Shown here piece by piece: positions 51,068-64,000 of a stretch of DNA of 64,000 nucleotides. The notes beneath the pieces are model-generated. The model was not told the origin of the DNA and searched no databases. It saw only the letters and a list, made by a program, of their open reading frames with translations. Origin of the DNA: Ancylonema sp. Taxonomy: Eukaryota. Both the position numbers and the translations under genes were made by a program. Positions within the stretch are counted from its first letter, which is position 1; each line of letters begins with the position of its first letter. Location: positions 1 through 64,000 of the forward strand of contig JBFLGF010000076.1 of assembly GCA_050230475.1 (NCBI GenBank), given 5' to 3'.

Positions 51068-54000
51068 ATGGATCAGGCTACCTTGGCTTCGGTTCTCCAG
51101 CTAGCGCTTAGTGCGGATCCAGGAGATCGCCGGGCTGGGGAGGAGCGCCTGAACTCGTTTCAGTATGTGCCGGGGCACCTTGTAGGATTGATGCAGATTG
51201 TTGTGCGGACAGACTGTGATTTGCCGATCCGTCAGATTGCGAGTATCTACTTTAAAAACCTTGTCAGCAAGGACTGGAGACCAGCGGACGGCACACCCGG
51301 TTAGTAACTCCCGAGCTTCACATGATGTAAAATAACGTATAACCGGATCCCGAATAACCGGATCCCGAATGCGCCAAAACTGGATCTCGTCCCCTGGGCG
51401 GTTTTTCAAATCTTTCATGGCGTCCTGCTCGTTATTGAAATATGTCCACAAACGCATCATGATTTCTAGTGCAGCCATATATACTTACACCGATGTTTTT
51501 CTGGTGTTCAGAAAAATTCTCACAGGACGACAAGGTGACGGTACGGACTAATATTTTGGAAGCGATCATCTGCGCCCCCACTCAAATCCGGTATGGATAC
51601 TTCACAGGCGTACCTACTTCACAAAAAATGCAAAATAAAACCACTAACAAAATATACAGCAATAAAAAATAATACAAAAATAAAAAATAAAATAAAAAAG
51701 GATCCGGTCCATTTTTCGATCAGGTCCCCAGATGACACAGCTGAATTACGAAGGAGCTCGACATCTTCCTAGATAGAATTATTATTGAAGTTCTCATAAA
51801 ACTTCCAGACCCTGAACCTGAACCCTGAAACTGAACCCTGAACCCTGAACCCGGAATCTGTGCTCTGATGCCTTTTATCTGAAGCTGAGTCTGAGTCAGG
51901 TCGGGTAGAGGAAGCATATTGGATCGGTCCATCTGTAGTTCGTCTTGTCATATTTTAGGGAGGGGAGGGTGTGTGTTTTCATCTGTCATGCCGCTCTGGT
52001 GCATGTGCGGCCTGTGATTAGCAAGGACGTCATCATTGCATCTCCAAATACTGTTGTGACACGTCAGCATACGAGCTTCGCATGTTTGATACATGACTCT
52101 GAACGTGATGAATACTGGGGGGGGGGGGGGGTGTTGCACATCGGCTCTCCTAGAACTCCGGTTTTCCAAATAACTTTTTGGTCTGTACAGTAGGATACAT
52201 ACACAATCCCCTAGGCACATAAATGCCTTATCATGCCAAAACCAGGACTTCACTCATGATTGGACCTGAACCCGAAATTTGAACCCGGAAGCACGAAAAC
52301 CCAGAACCCGAACCCCTGCACCCCGAAACCCGAAACCCCAATACTCCAGTGCCCAGTTGGTGGAGGTCCTTCGCACAGTCGTGGTGGTGGACTACCCTCT
52401 CAATTGGCCCTCGCTGCTGGCTGCCGTGGACGCAAATCTCAAGGCACGCGACGAGCAGAGGACACATGGCGCACTCTTAGCCCTCCGCCTCATCAGCAGG
52501 AAATACGAGTGAGCACAATGACACGTCACTCTATACTCCTCTATGCGTCCAAGCGCTAGCAGCATCACCTTCTAGGGAGGGGGGGGGGAGGTCGGTCTAA
52601 TCCTAAAACCCCAAAATCCTATCACCCCAAAACCCAGAACCCGACACCCGACACCTCAAAACCTCGGAACCCGTAAACCCTGGAACGTCCGAGCCCCAAA
52701 CCCCTTCCAATCCGTGCGCCCTGTCGAGTATCGTTTTTTTGGGGTTGAAGGTTTAAGGACACCGACGAGCGTGAGCCCCTGAACGCGGTGGTGGATCACA
52801 TGTTCCCAATCCTGCTCGACATCTTCAAGTACCTCGTGGCCCTCCCCACTCCCACGCTGGAAATCGCGATCCTCCTCAAACTAGTCTGCAAAATATTTTG
52901 GTCGTGCTCCTATGTAAGGCCCCGATTTTGAACCTCTTGAACCTTTTTAACCTCTTTGTGTTCACAGTTTCGGGTTGGCGAGCTTTGGGTTCCTTGAGTC
53001 TTTGGTACACAGGATGAAGTGTCTACGGGGTAGGGTTTCAGGATTCAGAAATCCCTACTTCCGAAACTGCACAAAGAAACCCTAAATATTCAACCCTCTG
53101 AACCCCAGCCCTCCAACCCGACACCCCAACCCCCAAACGGTAGACTTCAAAGTTATAAAGGAATGTCAGGGTACACTCACCCTAAAACCCTCTAAACCCT
53201 CCCAACCACAGCACGAGTAATCATTAGATTGCATTGAAGTACCCAAACTTTCCCGCTCACCGGATCGCCAAAACCCAACCCTGAACCCCAACCCCTTATT
53301 CCCCCGTCCAGCTTCAAATCCCCAAACCCCTCCGCGACGACCGCGTTTTCCTCGAGTGGATGGCGTGCTTCTTCGCCCTGCTAGAGCGCCCTGTGCCTAT
53401 AGAGGGGCAGCCCCTGGACCCGGAAGTGAGGAAGAACTGGGCGTGGTGGAAACTGAGGAAGTGGCTGCTCACCATTATCAACAGACTGTTCACCAGGTTT
53501 GGGGGGGGGGGGGGGATACAAGGCCACCCTTTTTAGGAGAAGTACTCTACAGGGTACCCGTGTATTGACACACCTTCTATAAAGATACCAAAACCTGAGA
53601 ATGGAGTAAACCTTATGGGAATAAACCCTACAGTAAACCCTATGGAATCTACTTTTTGTAAAGAAATCCCCCCTTGGATGTGCACCGACATATCACCAAC
53701 CAAGAGGGTGCCTATAAAGAGGGTTGGCTGGATGCGGGAGGCGGTGTTCTGAAGGTAGGTCGTAGGCTTTTGGGTTCAGGTTTGGTGACCCCAAGCACGA
53801 GAAGGGGGAGAACAAGCCGGGGGCCCTCATGTTCCAGACGCACTGCTCCTGCAAGTTCCTGGAAACTTACATGCGCCAGCTGTCCTCGATACGGGGGGGG
53901 GGGTATGTGCCGGACCGGATCGTGAACCTCACCCTGCAGTACATCACATCCAGGTAGGGGGGGGGGGGACGGCTGTAGCTGGAGTTGGGGCTGTAGCCAT

Positions 54001-57000
54001 AGCGTAGCTGTAGCTGAGAGGGAGGTGGGGAGCTTGATTTTGCATGCGAGTGGGATAATGTACACTCGCTTGCTTACTTGTGTACGTACATGTATGCACA
54101 TACACATAGCTGTATGTGTATATGTACACATGTACACATACATGTATGTGTATAGTCATACATGTATGTGTTTATTCATACATGTATGTGTATAGTCATA
54201 CATGTAACTTTGCATGCATGCATGCATGTATGTATGCGTGTACGTATGTATGCGTGTACGTATGTATGCATGTATGGATATATGTAGGTCTGTATGCTTG
54301 TTTGTATGCATGTCTCATTGAATATATGCATGCTCGTATCACTGTCTCCACGTTTACATGGAGTCAAGAATGGCAGATACATTCTCGAACACAATCCCGT
54401 AGGATTTATACACACCCCTTCCCTCAAAACACTACAAAAAACGTGGAAAGATTACAAATAAAGCCCCCTCCCACTCACCCCCCACCCCTCCCCACCCTCC
54501 CCACCCTCCCCCCCCTCCCCCCCCCCCCAGCATCGTCCTGAAAGACACCTACCAAGTCCTAAAACCCCACCTTGGTGTCCTCCTCTCCGAGATCATCTTC
54601 CCCCTCATGTGCTTCAACACCGAGGATGATGCGCTGTGGAAAGAGGACCCCCACGAGTATGTCCGTAAAGGGTACGACATCATGGAGGACATGTACAGCG
54701 GAAGGACGGCGGCCATTAATTTCGTGACGGAGCTTGTGTCCAAGAGGGCCAAAGACAACCTGGCGGCGTATTTGCAGAGCATTGTGACTGTGTTCAACAA
54801 GTGAGGAGAGGGGGGGGGGAAGGGGGAGCGGGAGGGGAGGGGGGTTTATTTTTTTTCTTGTTTTTGTACTGATTCTGGGATAGGCGGAGAGAGGTAGAGC
54901 ATGCTGGCCTCTCCTTCCTTTCCCTTCTTTACGTACTTCTCTGGTGGGAACTTCAGGATTCTACCCTTCAACCCGTTCTATATTCCTTCCTTCGTTTGCA
55001 CAAAAGTAAAACAAATCACGGGCTCGCCTCATCGCTCCGTCCCCAAAACATTATATATATATATATATATATATGTATACATATATACCCACATATATAC
55101 ATAAAACATATATATTTCTCAAACAAAGCTTGCCCTCCCCCCCCCTCCTCTCCCGCCCCCTCCCCCAGGCCGCCTGGGTGTCCGGTCAATACGCTGACAT
55201 CGAGTTCAAGGACGACTCCGCCTTCACCCATGCCATGAGCGCTACCGTTGGCATCTCCCCCCCCCCCCCCCTCTCCCCCCCCCCCCCCCCCCCCCCCCCC
55301 AGTTTTGAAGCCGCCCCCCCCACCAACAAACCGTACCGTGAGAAGGACGGCGCCCTTTTGGCAGTGGGTTCCCTGAGCGAGAAGCTGAAGCGCACCCAGC
55401 CGTATGCTGGTCAGCTGGAACACATGTTGAAGCAGTACGTTTATCCGGAGTTCAGCAGCCCGGCGGGGCACCTGAGGGCGAAGGTGGGAGGAATCGCCTG
55501 ATATGCACGTCTCCCACTGCCCAACCCCGACCCTGAAGCCTGTACTGTAAATCAGCAGGGCACCAACTCCATACCCAGAGAAACATATTCCAAACCCTAA
55601 GACCCCAAATTCTATGTTCTGGAACTTTAAAACCGGAACCAAACGCCAACCCCAAAACTCCCCCTCACAACAAACCCATAACCCTCCATAACCCTCCTCG
55701 ACGCCCCCCCGCCCCCCCCCAACCCGCAACCCCCCCCCACCCCCAGGCCGCCAGGGTGTCCCGTCAATACGCTGACATCGAGTTCAAGGACGACTCCGCC
55801 TTCACCCATGCCATGAGCGCTACCGTTGGCATGCTTCGCGACCCTGACCTCCCCTGCAGAGTGGACGCGGTGGTGGCGCTAAGGACGTTTGTGGAGGCGG
55901 TGGAGGAGCTCACGGAGCTGAGGAGGATACTGCCGCAGCTGCTGGATGGTAAGGGGGGGGGTGGGGAGGGGGGGGGGGGGGGGGGGGGGAGTGTTTGAGG
56001 GGGGGTTTGGGGGGGGGGGGGGGTGGGGAGGGGAGTTGGTGGGGGAGTGTGGGGGGAGGGGGTTTGGGAAGGGGGGTTTGGGGGTTGAGGGGGAAGGAGA
56101 GGTGGTGGTGGGGGGGGGGACAGAAGGTTGGGGGGGGGAGGGGGGAGGGGAGGGGAGGACGAGGGTTTGGGTGGGGTTCTAGGGTCCAGGTGTTCAGGAG
56201 TTTTGGGGTTCTGGGTGTTGAGGTTGCTGAGTCTTGACTTTTTTTTGTTGTTGTTTGTGCTAAATATTATTCCTTTCCCCCCCCCCAGAGCTTTTCAAGT
56301 TGATGTCCGAGGTGGAGAGCGAGGACATGGTGTTCACTCTAGAGACCATTGTGGACAAGTTTGGGGAGGAGATGGCGCCCTACGCAATGGGGCTGGTCAC
56401 CAATCTGGTAGGGGGTCTGGGGTATGAGAAGGATATGGGGGGAAGAGGGCCAGGTCTTGCACCCGCGGGTAGACAAGGGGATTTCAGTGATGCATTCAGT
56501 GCTGCATGCGAGGCATTTTGGGAGGTGGATTATGAAAAGGGAGATGGGAGCGGCAGGACAGGCAGGCAGATGGAGGATGAAATATTTGCAAATACCCCCC
56601 CTCCTCTCTCTCCCTCCTCCAAAATAAGCCATAAAAAAAGCATTCCCCTCCGGAATAATAATAAAAGTAAAAAATAACTATAATAATATATATAAAAATT
56701 ACCAAAAAAATACAACAACAAAACAAAACAAAACAAAAAAACAAAAAAAAACAAAAAAACAAAAAAAAAACTCCAAAAAAAACATCCAAAATTATCTCCC
56801 CTCCCAGACCCAAACCTTTTGGAAGTGCATCGAGTTAGCGGAAGCAGAAGACGACGAGGACGACACAGGAGCGTTGGCCGCTGTGGGATGCCTCCGCGCA
56901 ATTGCCACCATCCTCGAATCCATCTCCTCCCTCCCCCACCTCTACCCCCAACTTGAGCCCACGCTGCTCCCCCTCATGACCAAAATGCTGACCAGCGACG

Positions 57001-59786
57001 GTCAGGACGTGTACGAAGAAATATTGGAGATCTGCAGCTACTACACCTACTTCTCCCCCACCATCACTCCCCAGATGTGGGCTGTGTGGCCGCTCATTAT
57101 GGCGGCTATGGACGACTGGGCGCTGGATTACTTCAACGGTAGGGGGGGGGGGGGGGGGAACCCTGTTTTGAGTAAAATGCAGGAGGGAACGGACCCGAAA
57201 AATCAGTGTGTACTCACTGCTCTTCTTTTAGATCGTTCTATAAACATCTGTAAAATGTGGAAGGAACAAAACATCCAGAAGATGTGTAATCACGGTACAT
57301 ATTTTAGGTCCTGAGTAACACACACACGCACAGAAAACAGATAGGAGAGAAGGAGGAGGAGAGGGAGGGGGGTTGGTTGGTTGGCGGGGTGGTTGGGTGA
57401 CTTTGGTTGGGGGATTGGGGGCATGCTCTCCTTTCCAGATATCATCAGCCCCCTGGACAACTTCATCGCCAGGGGAACAGAAACCTTTTTAGGCAGCGAG
57501 AACCCGAACTACCCCGAATCCCTCTACAGACTCATTGCAAAGGTAGGGCGGAGGGGAGAAGGGTGGAGGGGGCGGGTGGGGGGGGGAAACAAAAGTGGAA
57601 GAAAACTGCCAGATCTGACTCCATTTTTTTATTTTATTTTTTTTGTTCCCAGGTATTGAGTGACGAGGAGTCCCAGGACGAGGACGTGGAAGCTGCCCCG
57701 AAGCTTCTGGAGTCCGTGCTCCAGAACTGCCGTGGGCGGGTGGACCAGTGGGTGGCCCCCTACCTCCAGCTGGCGGTGGCAAGACTGAGGGTGGCGAAAA
57801 CGAGCTATGCCAAGGACCTGCTCAGGGGGGTGGTGAGGAGGGAGGGAGGGAATGGGCGGGGAAAAGGGTGGCAGAAAGGGTGGCAAAAAGGGCGGCAATA
57901 AGGGTGGCAATGAGAGTGGCAATGAGAGTGGCAAAATGAGTGGCAAAATGAGTGGCAAGTAGAGTGGCAGAATTGGTGGCAATAAGAGTGGCAATAATGG
58001 TGGCAAGAAGGGCAGTCAGAAGGGTGGCAAAAAGTCCAGAAGAGGAAGTGGGAGTATGGGGTGGAAAGGGGCCTGGAGGGGGTTGCTTCCGTGTTTTGAT
58101 ATTGGGATTTTTGGGGTGTTGGGTTTGTTTTCCCCCCCTTGCCACGTGTCAGGTGGGTAACGCTCTCTACTACAACGCCCGTCTGACGCTGGATTCGCTT
58201 CAGAAGCTGGGGTGTCTTGGGGAGGTGTTTCGTCTGTGGCTCACCATGCTGTACGCGGAAAAGAAGGGGAAGGGGAAGCACTTCAAGAGGTGGGGGGGGG
58301 GGGGGGGGGGTTGGGGGTAGGTGGGTTGGGGGGGGGGAAAGGACGGGGAAACTTCTGGAACGCTGGAAAGCCTGGGAACACCGAACCGATTCCGGTCCCG
58401 GTTTTTAGATTCCCGAAAATGGAAACATGTATTCTTGGAAATCCATGATTTTTGGAAAACCTAGGAACCTGGAACCCGGGAAATCCGGAAAACCCTTGAA
58501 ATCCTAAAAACCTGAAAACCTGGAAACCTGAAAACCTGAAAACCTGAAAACCTGAAATCCTGAACACTAAGGTGGCAGGTGGGGCGCCAGGACATGATTA
58601 AATTCTGGATCCGTTTTCTTTTTTTCTTTTCTTTTCAGGGAGCACTTGAAGAAGGTTTGCATCCTTGCCCTCCTCTCCCTCCTCTCTGTTCCCGCCAAGG
58701 ACCTCCCAGGGGAGGTGCAGGCCATGCTGGGGGAGGTGCTCAAGGCAGCACTCAGGCTGTTAGCAGGGTATAAGGAACAGGTGGCATGTGAGTGCGGGGG
58801 GAGGGGGAGGGGGGTTGGGTGGCGGGGGGGGGAGGGGATCGGGAAACCTGTTCTCTTTAAAGGAAGGTTGTGCTGTTTTTTTTGTTGTTGCTTTTCTTTT
58901 GGGTGAAATGATGGAGTGGAGGTCTGTCGGACTGTTTTATTTTATATGTTGTTTTTTGTGGCCTTTCTTGTGAAACTGAGCTGGCTTTCCCGCCCCCCCC
59001 CCCCTTGTCAGTGCGTGAGAAGATGGAAGAGGAGGAGGAGGCGAATGAGGACGTGGAGGACAGCGATGGGGATGATGACGATGGGGAGGAGATAGAGGAG
59101 GTGGAGGAGGAGGAGGAGGGGATCGAGAAGGGCACGGAAATAAAAACGACGAAAAAGGTGCTTACTCCGGGCAGCCTCCTCTTTTTTTTCCCCTTTTTTT
59201 TTTTTTTTTTTGGTTGTTTTGCCGTATCCTAACAGTGCCACGTTCTTTCAGCACCCCCGCTGGCTGGAGGCGGAGGAGGATGGTCACCTGGAGAGCGACA
59301 GCGAAGATGAGGATGATTTGTGGGACGAGGAGGAGTACCAGTGCCCCATGGACGAAGTGGACCCCTACATATTCTTCCAAGACGTCATGAAGGGTAGGGA
59401 GGGAGGGAGGAGGGAGTCGGGGTTGGGGTTGGGCTCGGGTCCGGGTTGGGGTCGGAGGTGAGGTTGGGGTAGGCGTTGGGATTGGGAAAACAATATTTGG
59501 TGTGTAGTCTGCACATTTCGGCGAATGGAGAAGGTACACGTGGCATCCGTATGTGTGATCCCATTTTTCGGCATTCCGTTATTGACGACCCCCTTGACTT
59601 CGACGGTTTTTTGTTTTTTTTCTCTCGGCAGGATTGTCGACTTCCGACCCGCAAACGTTTGATTTCCTGACGAAGAGTCTCGACTTCCATCACCAAGCGT
59701 TGGCCCACGGGCTCGCCACCCATGCGGATGCGGTTCGGAAACAGCATTCGGAGCTGACAGAGGCCGCGAAATTACTGTCGGCTTGA
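51068..59786 (+). CDS. SAD2: Importin-7/8 family karyopherin beta (SAD2-like)
   Basis: 18 exons: 51068-51299, 51512-51590, 52350-52508, 52751-52913, 53312-53496, 53780-53952, 54531-54800, 55303-55483, 55747-55948, 56289-56407, 56808-57138, 57439-57542, 57653-57832, 58153-58289, 58639-58787, 59012-59157, 59252-59393, 59632-59786. Motifs [73 protein letters not shown], acidic tail, [11 protein letters not shown]. Confidence 0.95.
54080..54335. repeat. Alternating purine-pyrimidine (TATG/TGCA/TACA) low-complexity tract in importin intron 6
   Basis: Directly visible. A similar tract lies at ~21435-21585 in HIP intron 9. Confidence 0.85.
55169..55254 (+). repeat. Partial duplicate of importin exon 9 lying upstream of exon 8
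   Basis: 86 bp matching 55747-55832 with 2 substitutions, preceded by its own poly-C + CAG acceptor. Confidence 0.9.
57865..58032. repeat. 12-bp period minisatellite (gtggcaa core) in importin intron 13
   Basis: gtggcaatgaga / gtggcaaaatga / gtggcagaaagg units repeated in tandem. Confidence 0.9.
58455..58565. repeat. (AAAACCTG)n-like 8-mer array in importin intron 14
   Basis: aaacctgaaaacctgaaaacctgaaaacctg with diverged flanking units. Confidence 0.85.
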
Positions 59787-62700
59787 GGGGGGGACAGAAA
59801 GGGTCTCGGACGCAGTCTTGGGTTTGTATGGTGTAAGGTTTAAGGTTTATGGTTCAAGTTTCGAGGTTTTTTTTGGGATTGGGGTTCTAAGTGTGGATCG
59901 TCATGTTGCATTGAGGAAGGAGGGGATGGGTAGGGGTGGGTTGGAGGTATAAAGAGGCTTGGGAAGTGATTGAAAGAGCGAGATGCATGCGAGTATGGGC
60001 TCTTCGTACGATTTCATGACTTGTTTGTCTGAATGAGGGCTCGAAAGAAGCCAACTCGCATGCACACAACAACATTTTTGAGATGGAAATTGAACTAGAA
60101 GATTGAGTTTGGACTCTTTGAACGTTCCGCACTAGTAATTGGACATCAACTGTGTCACAATAGGTATCATGCACATAGGAAAATAGAGCGTTGTAAAATT
60201 CTATTGTATGCCAACCGTGGTTGGAATTATTGCACAATTTTTTTCTGACAATTTGATTCTTGGCACAAGCAATTGTCTTGCAATAGTGCGTGGCATGCGT
60301 GAATGTTTGGTGAGACGCCTTATCGCCACAAAATGGTGTGTGAATTGCACTGCCCAAGTAGCACGCGGACGCCCAAACCTTTTACCGAGGTCTGGGGAGG
60401 CTTGACTGTGGTCCTCTCGTAGTTTGAATGTTTTTTGAAAGCTTGCAAGAGTTGTCGCGGCGAATCAATTTGAATAGTTTGGGGAACTTCTTCTCTTGGC
60501 CTTCATTTTATGAATGAGCCGTTGCACCACACGGTCCACATTGCATGACTCAACATCGATAACTAAGCGTGCAACTTATCCGGTGTGTTGGTTTGTGTGT
60601 GGATCGAATGCCTATGACGAAGTTGATCAACCTCATCCGCCTCAAGTTTAATCGGTTGTTGTCTCACTCGTTATAACGGGTAACGTTGACTTGATGTACG
60701 GGAGGTGAATAATTTGATCGTATCCAATGACTTGTAAGTTGAACGATTGGCTCAAACTACTAATTAACACAAAATTACGATTCTTGATCTGAGATGTTTA
60801 GTGTGGCACCATTGGTTAACAACAGTGAACGTCTAGTTATATGCATTGTACATATCACTAGAAAACGGGATCGGTACCTCTGTCTATCATGGTTGATGGT
60901 CAACTAGTGTGTAACGAGCAGATTCTATCGGTGAGCTTATGACAGTCAACACTTCTACAAGTTTAAAAAAAACACTTGACGAATGATAACCATATTTGTT
61001 ATGTTGTTTTCACAATGATATTTACAACATTCTAATTACACTCGATTGCGAGATTTTTTGGCTTTCCAAAAGCACGTGAATTTTATATTTGCTAGTCTTT
61101 CTAGAAAAAGAAAAAATACTCACCATCCGGGTCTAAAGATTTTTTTCACGTGTCCGGCGGGCCTTGAAACCACTCGTCCTACATTATGTCGACACTCTTC
61201 CGATCGAGAACATTGATAAACGGCAAAAAAGTCCGGATACATCAAATCTCCCATCCAAACGGCCCTCAAATTAAGTAACCCATCTCTCAGTACAACGAAC
61301 AACACAAAATGTACGACATGGCTCTTGGATGTTGTAATATTGGAGTTGTAGCATGTTAGCATACAAAGATCATTGCAACCACAAGGTTGGATGTTTGGAA
61401 ACCATAATAAAAGTATCCTCTTGTCATAGATTTTGCCTTCGCAGCCAAGATAGCTTGTACGCACAATACGCTCCACGACCATACGCAATTTACGCACGCG
61501 TACATTTACAAAAAACGGAAAACATGCAAATGTACGTGACGTCATCAAATAAGTGAGAATTCTAGTTTTGCGGTCTTAAACGTTCGAGTCTATTCTTCCG
61601 AATATATTGAGCATCATTTATTCAAGTGTTCGGTTTCACGTCACTCCGACTTCACAATGTCGTCGCGGACGTGGTGTTCTTGGATCGAAACTTCTACCGA
61701 CTTGAATGCAACGCTAACCCACATTTTGCATTCAAAAATTATTTGACTAGAGTTCATAATCTAATTTGCCAGCATATTGAGAGTGTGCTTTTGTGACACA
61801 TGACGGCGTCGGGTTGCCATGAGAAACTTGCACAATGTTTTAAGGTTGTTCTAAAGCACGTCAAAACAACCTTTTTAACGAAAAGTTCAAGCGTTTGGGA
61901 AAATATTTGATCTTGTTTTAGGATTTTTGATAAATGAGAATGAGGTTTCGCTACTTTATATAATTCGAAGTTACAAACTGCCAACATGCTCAATATTTAC
62001 TTTTTTTGGTATGAGTCGATGTCATCGATGGGTTTTCGAGTGCAAGATGACAAGTTGCTCGCGTATACTGGATTTCGTGGCAATAATGTTTATCGATTCG
62101 ATGGCCAATTTAATAAGATACATGTGTGTGGTCGCGTGGTTGAATATATTCGATGGACGTGAGGCGACCTTGTTTGGAGTCACATGCTTCGAAAATGCCT
62201 TCAACGTTGCCGAGCGCATTGATGTGTAGGTTTGACATTAAACACCAAATCAGCTTCATTTGTGACATGGCGGAATAATGCACAAGGAACAATTTCGGAT
62301 AACGGCGAACATTCCGGAAAATATCCAGGATAACAAGTCGACAGGTGGGATGTTTTTAACATAAAACGTGTTTAATTTCGGTTCGCGTGTTTTCGTTCGT
62401 TTACAACATTTGGGTTCAATTTTGCAACGGATCGACAATTTGACAGAAAAAAATGTGTGTTTTGCGCAGTCGTTTCGCACAATCGGCATTTCTGAAGTAC
62501 GTGAATTTGGCCCGGCATCTATTCGGGTTATACATATTGTTTGGGTATCGTATTGTGACATTACAATGATTGGGTCGACACGTATTTGGCCATGAAAATG
62601 ATAAAAAATACTACATGCTTTCTGGAGATGATTGTTCTTGCTCGGTCATTACGGTTGCGAGTGAGAAGGGGCCAAATACTTGACGGTGACTCATTAGAAG

Positions 62701-64000
62701 CCTACATATATGTCATCCGTGGCATCTTGAATAGTCTGCGGTTTATTTATCATATCCTTATGACTAAGTCAATCATGATTTCGATTTGTTTGAGCGCTGA
62801 ATCATGTTCGATTCTTAAGACGTGTGAGGGGAGGGTCAAAAAAATGCTACATGCGATTATGGCTAAATCTTTGCTACGTCAGATTCGCTGAATATAAGGA
62901 CGGACGTTCGCCACCGATATGCAAGTGACGGTATTGTATTCGGAGCCAAAATGGTTCATGGCTATACATCGTTCAGATAAGCCGTCTATTTCATGCTAGA
63001 TAAGTCAATTTTCTTAATGCACGTCGTAGGCTTTGTAAATAAGCTAAAAACGAACAAAAAATGCTATAAATATATGGCACGGGGGGTCATTTCATTCAAT
63101 CGTTACATGTTTTGGAGACCATGGTGCTAATTTTCGTGATAACAAACTGAGTGACGCAAACGATATAATAGGCCACATGGCTGTCACTGGATGCGTTTGA
63201 CTGGCTGCTGAAGCTGAGCTCGTACTAATACCACGTGGAGAGTGTATCGCTATTTATTTGCCGCGGCTCGTTTCAGATGTCGTGCTTCTCGTAAAAATAT
63301 ATCAACTCGTAAAGTGCGAGCCGTCAATGTGTATCTCTGGTGTCGGGAAGCTGTCAATCCCATCCATTGGTATCAAGATACCGTCGTCGACGACGAACTA
63401 TGAACCACTTACGGCTTTGTGAAAGTCGACCATCCCCATCGGACACATGGCTCGAAGGAATCACTGTCCACGTCAGCATCTTGTACTTAAATATCTGTGC
63501 AGGAACAGGTGTTGGCCGTCGAGAAGGTTGATTGCGCATACCAGCTCGTTGACCGTCCCCAGGCGTGCCGCCATGCCAGATGGCGACGTGGCGAAGTGGA
63601 GACACAGTCTGGTCATCTGCCAGCGAAGAGGAAGGGAAGATCGATTATCGGAAGCCCACTTCTGCAGACATAAGAATTCTGGACGCCACCATATCATTCA
63701 TTTCTGCCCAGAGCTCTTTGACCTACGCCTGATTCCATCTATATCTTTTCAACCCTCGGAACTTTCTTAGCCATGGATTGGTGGACTGTTGGTCTCTCTG
63801 TTCTGCTCTTCATCCTTCTCTCGCCGGGTCTGCTGCTGCAGGTGAGAATTTGTTTCCGTACAGTATTCTGAACTTCTGTACTGGTCGACCTCAGTATTGT
63901 CAACGGGTTTAGGTGTTGTTTGTACGTCGCGCTTCAGCATTTCAGTAAATCTGTCTGGTCCTTCGAACATTTGTGCAGCTCGTCTATGATCGACGGAGAG

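Noticed and set aside
55946..56237. Gly-rich ORFs
   Set aside because: Translations of poly-G intron sequence in the importin gene.
59887..64000. Multiple short ORFs on both strands
   Set aside because: No recognisable domain, splice chain or terminal repeats; possibly decayed TE sequence but unsupported.

Overview
Eukaryotic, repeat-rich genomic DNA from a green-plant-lineage organism, most likely a streptophyte alga (inferred from the plant-type gene families and GT-AG spliceosomal introns). Four intact-looking multi-exon genes can be assembled by hand: Hsp70-interacting protein HIP/ST13 (- strand, 20567-26342), a conserved plant Gly-rich protein with a C-terminal CxxC transcribed head-to-head with it (+, 27140-30646), a plastid-targeted DUF2358/SnoaL-like protein (-, 39573-42573) and an importin-7/8 (SAD2-like) gene (+, 51068-59786). 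There is also a frameshifted F-box/LRR gene. Much of the rest is nested transposable elements: decayed Ty3/Gypsy copies, a CRE-like non-LTR fragment, and pogo/Tc1-like and hAT-like MITEs with clear TSDs. The most interesting object is a ~7.35 kb minus-strand retroelement (7897-15251). It has split direct repeats (A1-coding-B1-A2-B2), no LTR-type TSD and no recognisable RT/RNase H/integrase/recombinase. It encodes a decayed Gag polyprotein ending in a C5-cytosine-methyltransferase-like domain that lacks the catalytic cysteine. All family assignments come from motif recognition by eye; no database searches were run.
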